A stretch of DNA of 22,485 nucleotides from Candidatus Aenigmatarchaeota archaeon (GCA_044343545.1 JAWBZR010000013.1:1-22485); one strand, 5' to 3'. Shown: positions 7,819 to 17,379, counted from the first letter of the stretch. Made by a program: numbers and translations. The notes: generated by a model from the letters alone, not told the origin.

Positions 7819-10689
7819 ATGAATAATGTTAACGATGTAGAGCAGAGTATAAAAGAGTTTTGGAAAAAAAATGATATACCCAAAAAAGTGAGGAATCTTA
7901 ATAAAGGAAAGAAAAAATTCTATTTTCTTGATGGTCCTCCCTATGCAACAGGATACATACATATAGGTACAGCATGGAACAAAATTTTAAAGGATTGTTA
8001 TATAAGATATTGGCGCATGAAAGGTTTTGATGTTTGGGACAAGCCAGGATACGACACTCATGGCTTACCTATAGAAAATAAAGTGGAGCAAAAGTTGGGT
8101 TTGAGGTCAAAGAATGAAATAGAAAAATTGGGAGTGGAAAAATTCAATGAAGAATGCAGAAATTATGCGACTCAATTCATAGATATAATGAATAAACAAT
8201 TTGAAGATCTTGGAGTTTGGATGAATTGGGACGAACCCTATTTAACCTTGACCAACGAATACATAGAAGGAGCATGGTACACTTTTAAAATAGGTTATGA
8301 AAAGAACTTGCTTTATAAGGATGTTTATCCAGTTCATGTATGTCCGCATTGCGAGACAGCTGTTGCATATAACGAAATCGAATATACAGAGATAACCGAT
8401 CCATCAATATTTGTAAAATTTCCAGTTTATGGCAAAGAAAACGAATTTTTAGTGGTTTGGACCACAACTCCTTGGACACTACCCTCTAATACAGGCATAA
8501 TGGTAAAACCAAGCGGAGATTATGTATATGTTAAGGTGGGAAATGAGACATTAATTTTGGCCGAGTCAAGATTGCAATATGTGATGGAAAAGGCGGGTTT
8601 GAGCAATTATAGAATAGTAAAAAGAGTTAAAGGCAAAGATTTAGAGGGTTTAAAATATGAACATCCATTATCTGATATATTTCCTTTCATAAAAAAGCTT
8701 GAAAATGCACATAGGGTAGTTTTATCTGAGCAATATGTTTCCTTGGATGAAGGAACAGGTCTTGTTCATACAGCCCCAGGACATGGCCAAGAAGATTATA
8801 AAGTTGGAAGAGAGAATGGTTTGCCTATAGTTTCACCTCTTCGCCTTAATGGAACTTATAACAACAATTGCGGTAGGTTTTCTGGTAAGTTTGCCAAAGC
8901 AGCGGATGATGAAATAATAGAGGAATTTTATGTTAGAGGCCTGCTTTTGCACAAGGAGAAAATCACTCATGAATATCCGAAATGTTGGAGGTGCAGCTCT
9001 CCGCTTCTCTACATGTCAGTTCCTCAATGGTTTTTTAGGGTTACTTCGATAAGGGAAAAGCTCATAGAAGAAAACAAAAAAGTCAAATGGTATCCAGAGT
9101 GGGCGGGCAAGAGATTCGAAAACTGGTTGGAAAGCTTGGGTGATTGGCCGATCTCGAGACAAAGATATTGGGGCATACCTCTTCCTATATGGGAATGTGA
9201 AAGATGCGGAAAGATAAAGGTTATAGGATCAATAGATGAGTTGCCAAAAAAACCAAAAGATTTGCATAGACCTTACATTGATGAAATAGAAATAGAGTGT
9301 GAATGTAAGGGTATAATGAGAAGAATTCCTGATGTTTTGGATGTATGGTTCGATTCTGGTTTAGCTGCTTGGTCAAGTTTAAATTATCCGAAGGACAAGA
9401 AACTTTTCGAAAAATTGTGGCCGTGTGATTTACAAATAGAAGGTCCTGACCAAATTAGAGGTTGGTGGAATTCTCAACTCATTACTAGTGTGATTACTTT
9501 TGATGAAAAACCATTCAACACCATTCTTTTCCACGGTTTTGTTTTAGATGCTCACGGAAACAAGATGTCTAAAAGCAAGGGTAACATCGTCCAGCCAGAG
9601 GATGTTATTTCAAAATACGGTAGAGATGTATTGCGGTTTTATTTACTATCAAGTCCGGCCTGGGAAGATTTTTACTTTAATTGGAGAGATACGGAAAATG
9701 TCGCGAGAATATTGAATATATTGAGGAATACGTTTGTTTTCATAAAAACTTATGTCGTGAAAAAACCAAAAAAGCCTGCTCAATTGAAACCAGAAGATAG
9801 ATGGATATTATCAAGATTAAATAACATACTTGATGAGTACGACAAGAATATGCAGGAATACAATCATCATAAAGTTGTCCAAGCCTTACAAGATTTTATT
9901 TTGAATGACTTTTCAAGATGGTACATAAAGTTGATAAGAGATAGAGTTTGGCCGACATATGAAGGAAAGGATAAAGAGTCGGCTTTTTATACTTTGTTGA
10001 AAGTTTCTGAAATTTTATTAAAAATGCTCTCTCCATTCACGCCATTTTTAGCAGAGAAATATTATCAAGAAATTTTAAGGGACGAAAAAAGTTTAGAATC
10101 TATTCACATGTTTTCTCTTCCTAAACCTGATAAGAGGATGATAGATAAAGAGCTTGAAAAGCTTATGAATATAGCAAGAGAAATATTTGAAGCAACATCT
10201 TATGTCAGACAAAAAGAAAAGATAAAACTTAGATGGCCATTGAGAAGGTTAATAGTTACGAGCGATTGCAAAGATGTAAAATTGACGGTGGAGAAACTTA
10301 ATGATGTTTTAAAGTTTATGTGTAATGTGAAGGAAGTGGTTGTTGAAAAGAAGTTACCAAAAGGTAAATTTTCAGAGTATGTATTTAGCAATGGAAAAAT
10401 TTATCTCGATGTTGAAAGAGATGAAGAATTAGAGGCAGAAACCGTATTGAGAGAGCTCATAAGACATATACAATATGCAAGAAAAAAGAGCAATCTTGTT
10501 ATAAGCGACGAGATATTTCTTACGATAAAGACAGACGAGAGAACCAAGAGCTTGCTCATGCCCTTTATCGAAAGAATAAAAAAAGAAGTTGGTGCGGTTA
10601 GTGTTGAATTTGGAAAATTAGAGGGTGAATATAAGAGTAGTTTGGAGTTGGAAGATTTAAAAATAGAAATAAGTTTTAGTAAAAAATAA
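7819..10689 (+). CDS. ileS: Isoleucine--tRNA ligase (archaeal type)
   Basis: DGPPYATGYIHIGT, DTHGLPIE, WTTTPWTLPSN, GTGLVHTAPGHG, ISRQRYWGIP, DVWFDSG, EGPDQIRGW, KMSKS. Confidence 0.96.
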   Translation: MNNVNDVEQSIKEFWKKNDIPKKVRNLNKGKKKFYFLDGPPYATGYIHIGTAWNKILKDCYIRYWRMKGFDVWDKPGYDTHGLPIENKVEQKLGLRSKNEIEKLGVEKFNEECRNYATQFIDIMNKQFEDLGVWMNWDEPYLTLTNEYIEGAWYTFKIGYEKNLLYKDVYPVHVCPHCETAVAYNEIEYTEITDPSIFVKFPVYGKENEFLVVWTTTPWTLPSNTGIMVKPSGDYVYVKVGNETLILAESRLQYVMEKAGLSNYRIVKRVKGKDLEGLKYEHPLSDIFPFIKKLENAHRVVLSEQYVSLDEGTGLVHTAPGHGQEDYKVGRENGLPIVSPLRLNGTYNNNCGRFSGKFAKAADDEIIEEFYVRGLLLHKEKITHEYPKCWRCSSPLLYMSVPQWFFRVTSIREKLIEENKKVKWYPEWAGKRFENWLESLGDWPISRQRYWGIPLPIWECERCGKIKVIGSIDELPKKPKDLHRPYIDEIEIECECKGIMRRIPDVLDVWFDSGLAAWSSLNYPKDKKLFEKLWPCDLQIEGPDQIRGWWNSQLITSVITFDEKPFNTILFHGFVLDAHGNKMSKSKGNIVQPEDVISKYGRDVLRFYLLSSPAWEDFYFNWRDTENVARILNILRNTFVFIKTYVVKKPKKPAQLKPEDRWILSRLNNILDEYDKNMQEYNHHKVVQALQDFILNDFSRWYIKLIRDRVWPTYEGKDKESAFYTLLKVSEILLKMLSPFTPFLAEKYYQEILRDEKSLESIHMFSLPKPDKRMIDKELEKLMNIAREIFEATSYVRQKEKIKLRWPLRRLIVTSDCKDVKLTVEKLNDVLKFMCNVKEVVVEKKLPKGKFSEYVFSNGKIYLDVERDEELEAETVLRELIRHIQYARKKSNLVISDEIFLTIKTDERTKSLLMPFIERIKKEVGAVSVEFGKLEGEYKSSLELEDLKIEISFSKK

Positions 10690-10717
10690 TATAAGCAAGC
10701 TCTATAATATTATTGGT

Positions 10718-11161
10718 ATGCCAACTGTAATTGTCAAAGATGTTATGAATCCCAAGGTTGTTGTAGCAAAACCTCAAGCCACAGTCAAGGAAGCAGCTGA
10801 AATAATGTCTGCATTCAGAATAGGATGCTTGGTTGTGGTTGAAAATGAAAGAGTAGTAGGTATAGTAACCGAAAGTGACATAATAGGTAAAATAGTGTCA
10901 AAAAGAAAGGATCCGGAAAAAGTTACTTTAGAGGAAATAATGAGTAAGAATGTTATTACAATTTCTTCTGAGGAAACTATTGACGAAGCGGCCGAAAAGA
11001 TGGTGAATAACAAGATCAAGAGATTACCTGTTTTAGAGGGAGATAAACTCGTAGGCATAATCACAGCCACAGATCTTATCTCTTATGAGCCTAAAATTAT
11101 AGAGAGTTTGAGTGAATTATTTTCGATAAAGACACAGATTGGAAGAACTATTGCAGGTTAA
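10718..11161 (+). CDS. Tandem CBS-domain protein
   Basis: Two CBS repeats: VKDVM...GIVTESDI and IMSKNV...IKRLPV...GIITATDL. Confidence 0.92.
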   Translation: MPTVIVKDVMNPKVVVAKPQATVKEAAEIMSAFRIGCLVVVENERVVGIVTESDIIGKIVSKRKDPEKVTLEEIMSKNVITISSEETIDEAAEKMVNNKIKRLPVLEGDKLVGIITATDLISYEPKIIESLSELFSIKTQIGRTIAG

Positions 11162-11735
11162 ATTTTGTAGCAAAAACAAGCGGATTATCTAATACATTCA
11201 TGGTCTTATCTATTTCTTCTTTCAATTTATTTTCTTCTATGTCGAATTCCATTTGTTTTGCAACGGCTAAAATGACTTCTTTAACGAAGTCAGTTGTGTC
11301 AGTAAGTTCGAAGTTATAATGTTTTTCGACAAAAACATCATTTTTAACTTTCGTCTCTTTTATTCCCAACTCATCACTCTTTAAAATATTTCTACCTTTT
11401 ATGTTTGTAATTTCAAGATAAAGTTTAAATGGAATTTTTTTATCAAAATAAATTATTTTTGCTAATTTTAAAACACCCAATATTAAAGCTATGGTTCTTG
11501 TGATGTCAACTTCTTTAAGCATAATCAACTCTTGATATTTTATTATTCCTCTCGAGTTCAAACTTGCTTTTGCACCAGTTTCATCAAAGAATTTTATAAA
11601 ATCTTCATTAATTTCGTATTTTCTTAAGATTAAAAACCATGGTTTATTTCTTTGTATTTTTTCAAGTAAATTCTGATCAAATTTTATTTTGAGCTCAACT
11701 TCAGGCTTTATGAGAATTCTATAAAACGGTTTCAT
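11148..11735 (-). CDS. Hypothetical protein (about 195 aa)
   Basis: Long ORF filling the gap between genes. The likely start is ATG 11735 (MKPFYRIL), because the track's longer version overlaps the divergent ArsR gene. Confidence 0.65.
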   Translation of the reverse strand: MKPFYRILIKPEVELKIKFDQNLLEKIQRNKPWFLILRKYEINEDFIKFFDETGAKASLNSRGIIKYQELIMLKEVDITRTIALILGVLKLAKIIYFDKKIPFKLYLEITNIKGRNILKSDELGIKETKVKNDVFVEKHYNFELTDTTDFVKEVILAVAKQMEFDIEENKLKEEIDKTMNVLDNPLVFATKFNLQ

Positions 11736-11759
11736 CCAAATGATTATTAAAATTCTAAT

Positions 11760-11788
11760 ATTTAAATTGACATTTATAAATGTGTCAA
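11760..11788. promoter_or_regulatory. Divergent promoter with palindromic operator (putative ArsR site)
   Basis: ATTTAAAT (11760-11767), perfect 14-bp palindrome ACATTTATAAATGT (11770-11783), and TTGACA-N10-TGTCAA (11767-11788) immediately before the ArsR ATG. Confidence 0.65.
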
Positions 11789-11789
11789 A

Positions 11790-12056
11790 ATGAAAAGAAT
11801 TGCAAACATTTTTAAAGTTTTGGGTCAAGAGACAAGAATTAAAATATTATATTCTATAATGAAAAGAGAAAAGTGTGTAAAAGAAATTTTGAAAGGTGTA
11901 AAGAAATCCCAGCCAACAGTCTCAATTCACTTGAATATGATGGAAAGAGAAAAAATCGTTGAATCGAAGAAAACTGGAAGAGAGAGGATTTATAAGATAA
12001 AGAATAATAAAATAATAAGTTTGTTAAAAATTGCAGAGGAGATTTCAAATGAATAA
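11790..12056 (+). CDS. ArsR/SmtB-family transcriptional repressor
   Basis: FKVLGQETRIKIL...KCVKEI...SQPTVSIHL...KIVESKKTGRERIY. Confidence 0.9.
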   Translation: MKRIANIFKVLGQETRIKILYSIMKREKCVKEILKGVKKSQPTVSIHLNMMEREKIVESKKTGRERIYKIKNNKIISLLKIAEEISNE

Positions 12057-12417
12057 AGCACAAAAAATTGTTGCAATTTTTCTTTTAATCACGTTTATAA
12101 CAATCTCAGCTCTTTATGTAATTTATTTGAATAAGAAACAAAAATCTACGGATGACGGCATCCTATTTTTTTACAGCACAACTTGCCCTCATTGTAAGAA
12201 TGTTGAAGATTTCATACAAGAAAATAATTTAGAATCAAAGATAAAAATAATAAAAAAAGAAGTCAACTATAATCAAAAAAACTTTTTAGAGCTAACTCAA
12301 TATGCAAAATCATGTGGAGTAAATTATATAGGCGTTCCATTTGTTTATTACAAAGGCAAATGTTATGTTGGAGAAACAGAGATAATCAATCTATTAAAAA
12401 ATGTGACAGGTGTTTAG
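12049..12417 (+). CDS. Membrane-anchored thioredoxin/glutaredoxin-fold protein (CPHC)
   Basis: ATG 12049 after GAGGAG, N-terminal TM, FFYSTTCPHC, cis-Pro loop GVPF, second Cys pair. Confidence 0.8.
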   Translation: MNKAQKIVAIFLLITFITISALYVIYLNKKQKSTDDGILFFYSTTCPHCKNVEDFIQENNLESKIKIIKKEVNYNQKNFLELTQYAKSCGVNYIGVPFVYYKGKCYVGETEIINLLKNVTGV

Positions 12418-12418
12418 A

Positions 12419-12910
12419 ATGATACTTCTCTTTATCACGCTTTTGCTTATAAAACCAGTTTTAGCAGTTTGCCCGCTTTGTACTGTTGGGGTGGCTGTGG
12501 GACTCGGCTTGTCGAGATATCTCGGCATAGATGATATAATAACAGGCATATGGATAGGAGCTTTGCTTCTATCACTCTCTATGTGGCTAATTGACTGGAT
12601 GAAAAAGAAAAAAATTGTTTTTTCAAAAACCGAAATAATATTGCCCATAATTTATTTTATCGTCATCTTACCGCTTTATTTTCTAGGTTTTATAGGTCAT
12701 GCCGAAAACACATTTTTTGGAATAGATAGATTAATATTTGGAATTTTGCTAGGTACATTAATATTTCTCTCATCTGTGATGGCAGATAATTATTTGAGAA
12801 AAATTAACGATAATAAAGTTTTGTTTGCTTATCAAAAAGTTATTATACCTTTATTTTTCTTAATAATATCAAGCATAGTAGTCTATTTGCTGCTTGGAAT
12901 ATTTTCATGA
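12419..12910 (+). CDS. Uncharacterised polytopic membrane protein with N-terminal CxxC (CPLC)
   Basis: AGGTG RBS plus 6 nt to ATG 12419. Signal-like segment then VCPLC, followed by 4-5 hydrophobic helices. Confidence 0.75.
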   Translation: MILLFITLLLIKPVLAVCPLCTVGVAVGLGLSRYLGIDDIITGIWIGALLLSLSMWLIDWMKKKKIVFSKTEIILPIIYFIVILPLYFLGFIGHAENTFFGIDRLIFGILLGTLIFLSSVMADNYLRKINDNKVLFAYQKVIIPLFFLIISSIVVYLLLGIFS

Positions 12911-12922
12911 GGTGAGGTTTGA

Positions 12923-13471
12923 ATGAAAAAAGATGAATTTTTAAAAAAGATTGAAAAGATAATGAAAGAGAAAAAAATTGACTTGTCCTCTGATGAAGAT
13001 TTAAGCATAGGAGTGATGAATTTGATAAGCATAGAAGAGCACTTGTTTTTTACAGCCAAAAAAACTGGTAAGGACAAGTATTTTGCTATGTTGAACGAAG
13101 TAAGAGAAATGAGAAAGGTTTTGTTAAAAAAACTGATAAAAGATTATGAGGGCGAAGTTTGGTGTATAAGTAAGCATCTGTTAGCAGCTTCTATGCGTTT
13201 GATAGAAGTAGGAACAAAGCAATTAAATAAGGGAAATAAAAAAGAGGCAGAAGAAATGTTTGAATACGCTTATAGACTTTATACTATGTTTTGGGGTTTG
13301 AACTTGGGCTTGATAGATGTGAAAGATATTGACAAGAAGAAAATATTTGAGGAATCAAAAAAAGAGCATTATCTTTCTGAGGAATTGAAAGAAGAGGATG
13401 AGGAAAAGAAAAGTTTTTTTGCTAAATTAAAAAAGGCATTTGAAAAAGCAATAGATTGTTGCAAGGAATGA
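12923..13471 (+). CDS. Uncharacterised soluble helical protein with EEH, WCxxKH and C-terminal CC motifs
   Basis: Strong RBS GAGGTGAGG. NLISIEEH, VWCISKHLL, terminal IDCCKE. Confidence 0.75.
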   Translation: MKKDEFLKKIEKIMKEKKIDLSSDEDLSIGVMNLISIEEHLFFTAKKTGKDKYFAMLNEVREMRKVLLKKLIKDYEGEVWCISKHLLAASMRLIEVGTKQLNKGNKKEAEEMFEYAYRLYTMFWGLNLGLIDVKDIDKKKIFEESKKEHYLSEELKEEDEEKKSFFAKLKKAFEKAIDCCKE

Positions 13472-13516
13472 ACCTTTGAATAAAATTTTAAAAAAATTAA
13501 ATGAGTATTATTGTTT

Positions 13517-15856
13517 ATGCCTCTCGATAAAAAGGCTTTAATGAAAAAATTTCAATCTCAACCAGAAAAATATTGGAAAGTCAATCTCTTTGATGAAAAA
13601 GGTTTTGTAAGAAAAAAGTGCTCTAGCTGTGGAAAATATTTTTGGACATTAGATCCAGAGAGAGAAAAGTGCGATGACCAGCCATGCCGTTTTTATGAAT
13701 TTATAGACAATCCACCCACTAAAAAAAGGTTTGATTACGTTGAAACATGGAAAGTTATGGAAAAATTTTTTGTTAAAGAAGGACATACTTCGCTTAGACG
13801 TTACCCAGTTGTCTGTAGATGGTATCCTCTTTATTTTAACATCGCTTCCATCATAAATTTTTATAGAATAGACAGTGGTAAATTGGTTTTCGAATTCCCA
13901 GCCAATCCAGTGATAGTTCCACAATTTTGTTTAAGATTCAATGACATTCCTAATGTTGGTGTAACTGGCAAACACTTTACTTGTTTTAACATGGTCGGCC
14001 AGGCATGTTTTTTCGATGGAAAGCAAGGATATTGGAAAGATAGATGCATAGAGCTTGATTTCAAACTTTTAACAAAAGAATTTGATATACCTGAAAAAGA
14101 AATCATATTCATAGAAGATATGTGGGTAGGTCCATCAGCTTTTGGACCGTCTTTAGAATTTTATTGTCGTGGCCTTGAGTTGGGGAATGCAGTATTTACA
14201 GAATTTGTTGGCACGATAGATAATTACAAAGAAATGGAGCCAAAAGTAATAGACATGGGAGCTGGTTTGGAAAGGTTTGCTTGGATTACAAACGGAACGC
14301 CAACAGCGTACGATGTAACATTCGAGCCAGTGATAAAATACATGCTAAAGCAGTCAGGATTATCAGCCGATTTCGATTTCTTCCAAAGGTATTCTAGGTT
14401 GGCTGGTTCTTTGAATATAGAAGAAGTAGGTGACTTGAAAAAAGCAAGAGTAAAGATAGCAAAACAATTGGGTCTAAGTGTTGAAAAGCTTATAGAAAAG
14501 GTGAGACCTTTTGAAGCAATTTATGCTATTGCCGACCACACGCGTGCCTTAACATTTGCAATTTCTGATGGTGCTTTGCCAAGTAATGTAGGTGGTGGTT
14601 ACAATTTGAGAATAATATTGAGAAGAGTTTTTTCGTTTTTAGATGAACTAAAACTGGATATGGATTTAATAAAAATTTGTGAGTTGCATGCAAAACATTT
14701 GGAATATTTTTCTCCAGAATTGAAGGATCATATAAACGAAATAAATGTGATCTTCGATGTTGAAAGAAAAAGATATAATACAAGCAAAGCGAGAGCTGAA
14801 AAGATTGTTCAAGAAATTTTAGATAAGGGTGAAGAAATAAATGAAGAGAAGCTTGTCACACTATATGATTCAGAGGGAATAACACCAGAGCTTTTGCTGC
14901 AATATAAACCAGACCTCAAGATACCTGAAGATTTTTATTCCAAAGTTACTGCGAGACATATGAAAGAGGAAGAGCCTGTTAAGATGCAAGATATTGACAT
15001 TTCTGGTTTGCCTCCAACTCTTGCATTATATTATGATGACGAAAAAAAGATGGAATTTAAAGCCAAGGTATTAAAAGTAATAAATAATCAGTGGGTTGTG
15101 CTCGACAAAACATATTTCTATCCGGAGAGTGGCGGGCAAAAGGCAGATATGGGATTTATAGACGGACAGCCAGTAATCGATGTACAAAAAATAGGAAATG
15201 TTATTTTGCATAAAGTTGTTGGAAGTGTAGAAGAAGGTAGAGAGGTTGAATGTAAAATAAATGCTTTTAGAAGGCAAACACATACGCGTCATCACACAGC
15301 GACTCATATAGTATTCATTGCCGCTAAGCAAGTTTTAGGTTCTTGGGTGTGGCAGCATGGTGCTGAAAAAACAACTGAAAAAGCTAGAATAGACATAACA
15401 CATTTTGAGAATCTGACAGAAGAGCAAATTAAAGAGATAGAGAGAATTGCAAATGAAATAGTTGATAAAAATTTGCCAGTGAAGAAAGAATGGTATGATA
15501 GAAATGATGCTGAAAATAAATTTGGTTTTACCATATATCAAGGTGGTTACGTTCCAAGTAAAAAAGTGAGAATAGTGTCCATAGGCAATTTAAACTCTCA
15601 AGCTTGCGGAGGTACACATGTGGATAGAACAAGAGAAGTAGGTTATATAACTATAATAAAAACCAAAAGAATCCAAGACGGTGTTGTAAGGATAGAATTT
15701 TGCTCTGGCGAAGTTGCGGAAAAATACCTAAGGGAAAAGGCCGATTTGCTGGATCAAGTTTTACGAATTTTAAATGCAAAGTTAGATAATGCTATAGAAG
15801 AAGCCAGCAAGCTGTTTGCTAGATGGAAGGAGTTAAGGAAGAGGATAAAGAAATGA
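13517..15856 (+). CDS. alaS: Alanine--tRNA ligase, archaeal type, lacking the C-terminal globular C-Ala (DHHA1) domain
   Basis: N-terminal CxxC...FWT, RYPVV, QFCLRFND, GLELGNAVF, IDMGAGLERF, IADHTR, editing HHTATH and CGGTH, IQDGVVRIEF. Ends about 45 aa later. ATG 13517. Confidence 0.95.
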   Translation: MPLDKKALMKKFQSQPEKYWKVNLFDEKGFVRKKCSSCGKYFWTLDPEREKCDDQPCRFYEFIDNPPTKKRFDYVETWKVMEKFFVKEGHTSLRRYPVVCRWYPLYFNIASIINFYRIDSGKLVFEFPANPVIVPQFCLRFNDIPNVGVTGKHFTCFNMVGQACFFDGKQGYWKDRCIELDFKLLTKEFDIPEKEIIFIEDMWVGPSAFGPSLEFYCRGLELGNAVFTEFVGTIDNYKEMEPKVIDMGAGLERFAWITNGTPTAYDVTFEPVIKYMLKQSGLSADFDFFQRYSRLAGSLNIEEVGDLKKARVKIAKQLGLSVEKLIEKVRPFEAIYAIADHTRALTFAISDGALPSNVGGGYNLRIILRRVFSFLDELKLDMDLIKICELHAKHLEYFSPELKDHINEINVIFDVERKRYNTSKARAEKIVQEILDKGEEINEEKLVTLYDSEGITPELLLQYKPDLKIPEDFYSKVTARHMKEEEPVKMQDIDISGLPPTLALYYDDEKKMEFKAKVLKVINNQWVVLDKTYFYPESGGQKADMGFIDGQPVIDVQKIGNVILHKVVGSVEEGREVECKINAFRRQTHTRHHTATHIVFIAAKQVLGSWVWQHGAEKTTEKARIDITHFENLTEEQIKEIERIANEIVDKNLPVKKEWYDRNDAENKFGFTIYQGGYVPSKKVRIVSIGNLNSQACGGTHVDRTREVGYITIIKTKRIQDGVVRIEFCSGEVAEKYLREKADLLDQVLRILNAKLDNAIEEASKLFARWKELRKRIKK

Positions 15857-16785
15857 ACATACCTATAGGCGCGTATGTTGCTGTAAAACAATGTATGAAA
15901 ATAAAAAAAGGAGAAAAAGTTTTGATAATTACTGATGAAAAAATGAATCAATCACTTCCACGATATATCGAGGAGGTTTGTCTTCAACAAGGTGCAAGAG
16001 TTACTTTGATAAAAATAAAGCCGTTAGAAAGAAACGGTCAAGAGCCTGAAGATGATGTGGCAAAACTTATGAAAGAATTCGATGCAGAATTTCTTATTAC
16101 ATCAAAATCTTTAAGCCACACGAAAAGTAGAAAGGAGGCTTGTAAGGCTGGGGCAAGAATCGCATCCATGCCAGGTATAACCGAATTTTCTTTTACTGAA
16201 GGTGGTTTGACTGCCAATTACAATACGGTAAAAAAACTATGCTTGAAAATGTTTGATAAATTAAAGAATGCAAGAAAATTGGAAGTAAAAAGTATTAATG
16301 GTACACACTTAATTTTAGAAATAGGGGATTATGTCATTGATATAGATGAAGGCCTTTATCATCATCCAGGTAATTTTGGCAATTTGCCGGCAGGAGAAGT
16401 TTGTACGTCTCCTAACGATTTTTCTGTTAATGGCAAGCTTGTGATAGATAAAATGGGGAGATATGGAGAAAACATTATGGTTGAAATAGAAAATAGCATA
16501 GTTACAAAAATCTCAGGTTCTCCCTTGCTTGAGAGCGAATTCGAAATTCTCGGTGAAAAATCCAGAATTGTGGCTGAAGTCGGAATAGGAACAAATCCCA
16601 AGGCAAAAATAATAGGAAATGTTTTGGAGGATGAAAAGGTTTTTGGTACTATGCACATAGCATTTGGCAACAACATGTCTTTTGGCGGCAAAAATGATGT
16701 TCAATTTCATCAAGATGGTATAATAATTAAACCTACTCTCATTGTTGATGGGAACAATGTGATGAACAATGGAAAATGGGTGTGA
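15853..16785 (+). CDS. M29-like (aminopeptidase T / thermophilic metalloprotease) aminopeptidase
   Basis: ATGA overlap with the alaS stop. SLSHT, GNLPAGEV, AEVGIGTNP, EDEKVFGTMHIAFG, HQD. Confidence 0.85.
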   Translation: MNIPIGAYVAVKQCMKIKKGEKVLIITDEKMNQSLPRYIEEVCLQQGARVTLIKIKPLERNGQEPEDDVAKLMKEFDAEFLITSKSLSHTKSRKEACKAGARIASMPGITEFSFTEGGLTANYNTVKKLCLKMFDKLKNARKLEVKSINGTHLILEIGDYVIDIDEGLYHHPGNFGNLPAGEVCTSPNDFSVNGKLVIDKMGRYGENIMVEIENSIVTKISGSPLLESEFEILGEKSRIVAEVGIGTNPKAKIIGNVLEDEKVFGTMHIAFGNNMSFGGKNDVQFHQDGIIIKPTLIVDGNNVMNNGKWV

Positions 16786-16857
16786 GAAGCAATTAATGAA
16801 TTCACGTTTCTTTTGCAATGTCGAAAAGTATTATTTTTAAAAATCGAATATTTAATT

Positions 16858-17343
16858 GTGAAACCAAATGTTGGTTCTGGCGATGAAGGAAAAACTAGTT
16901 TGATTGGTAAGAGGGTATGGAAAGATGATTTAGTCGTAGAAATATTAGGCAAACTGGATGAGCTTAACTGTTTTTTGGGTTTTGCAAGATCAAAAATTAG
17001 CGATGAACATGTAAAAGAGTTAATCGAGGAAATTCAAAAAAAGATTTTCGTCATAGGAGGAGTTATTGCTGGAAGCAATGAAAATATATCTAAAGACGAT
17101 GTTTCATTTTTGGAGAAATTTATGGGTGAGTTTGAAAAAAAGTTAAAGCCGATACATTCGTTCGTTTTGCCAACAGGAGAAGAATCATGCATTGTTCATA
17201 TTTGCAGAGTAAAATGCAGGGAAGTGGAAAGATGTTTAGTCAAGCTTCATAGAAAAAAGAAATTGAATAAGAGTATATTGGCATTTATAAATAGACTTTC
17301 CGATTTACTTTTTATGATTGCAAGATTTATAGAGGAATCGTGA
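16858..17343 (+). CDS. pduO: PduO-type ATP:cob(I)alamin adenosyltransferase
   Basis: GSGDEGKTSL, GKLDELN, FVLPTG, HICRVKCREVER, INRLSDLLF. GTG 16858 is the likely start. Confidence 0.85.
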   Translation: MKPNVGSGDEGKTSLIGKRVWKDDLVVEILGKLDELNCFLGFARSKISDEHVKELIEEIQKKIFVIGGVIAGSNENISKDDVSFLEKFMGEFEKKLKPIHSFVLPTGEESCIVHICRVKCREVERCLVKLHRKKKLNKSILAFINRLSDLLFMIARFIEES

Positions 17344-17379
17344 AAAAATATTAATTTTCAATCACTCAAATAATATTCT

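Noticed and set aside
7708..7962. Short opposite-strand or alternate-frame ORFs in the track (also 144-338, 663-881, 1511-1876, 13649-15541, 16362-16952, 18672-18917, 19525-19749, 19845-20138)
   Set aside because: They overlap well-supported genes and have no recognisable motifs or initiation signals.
7930..7975. Non-canonical HIGT instead of HIGH in IleRS
   Set aside because: HxGT variants are usual in archaeal IleRS, so this is not evidence of special function.
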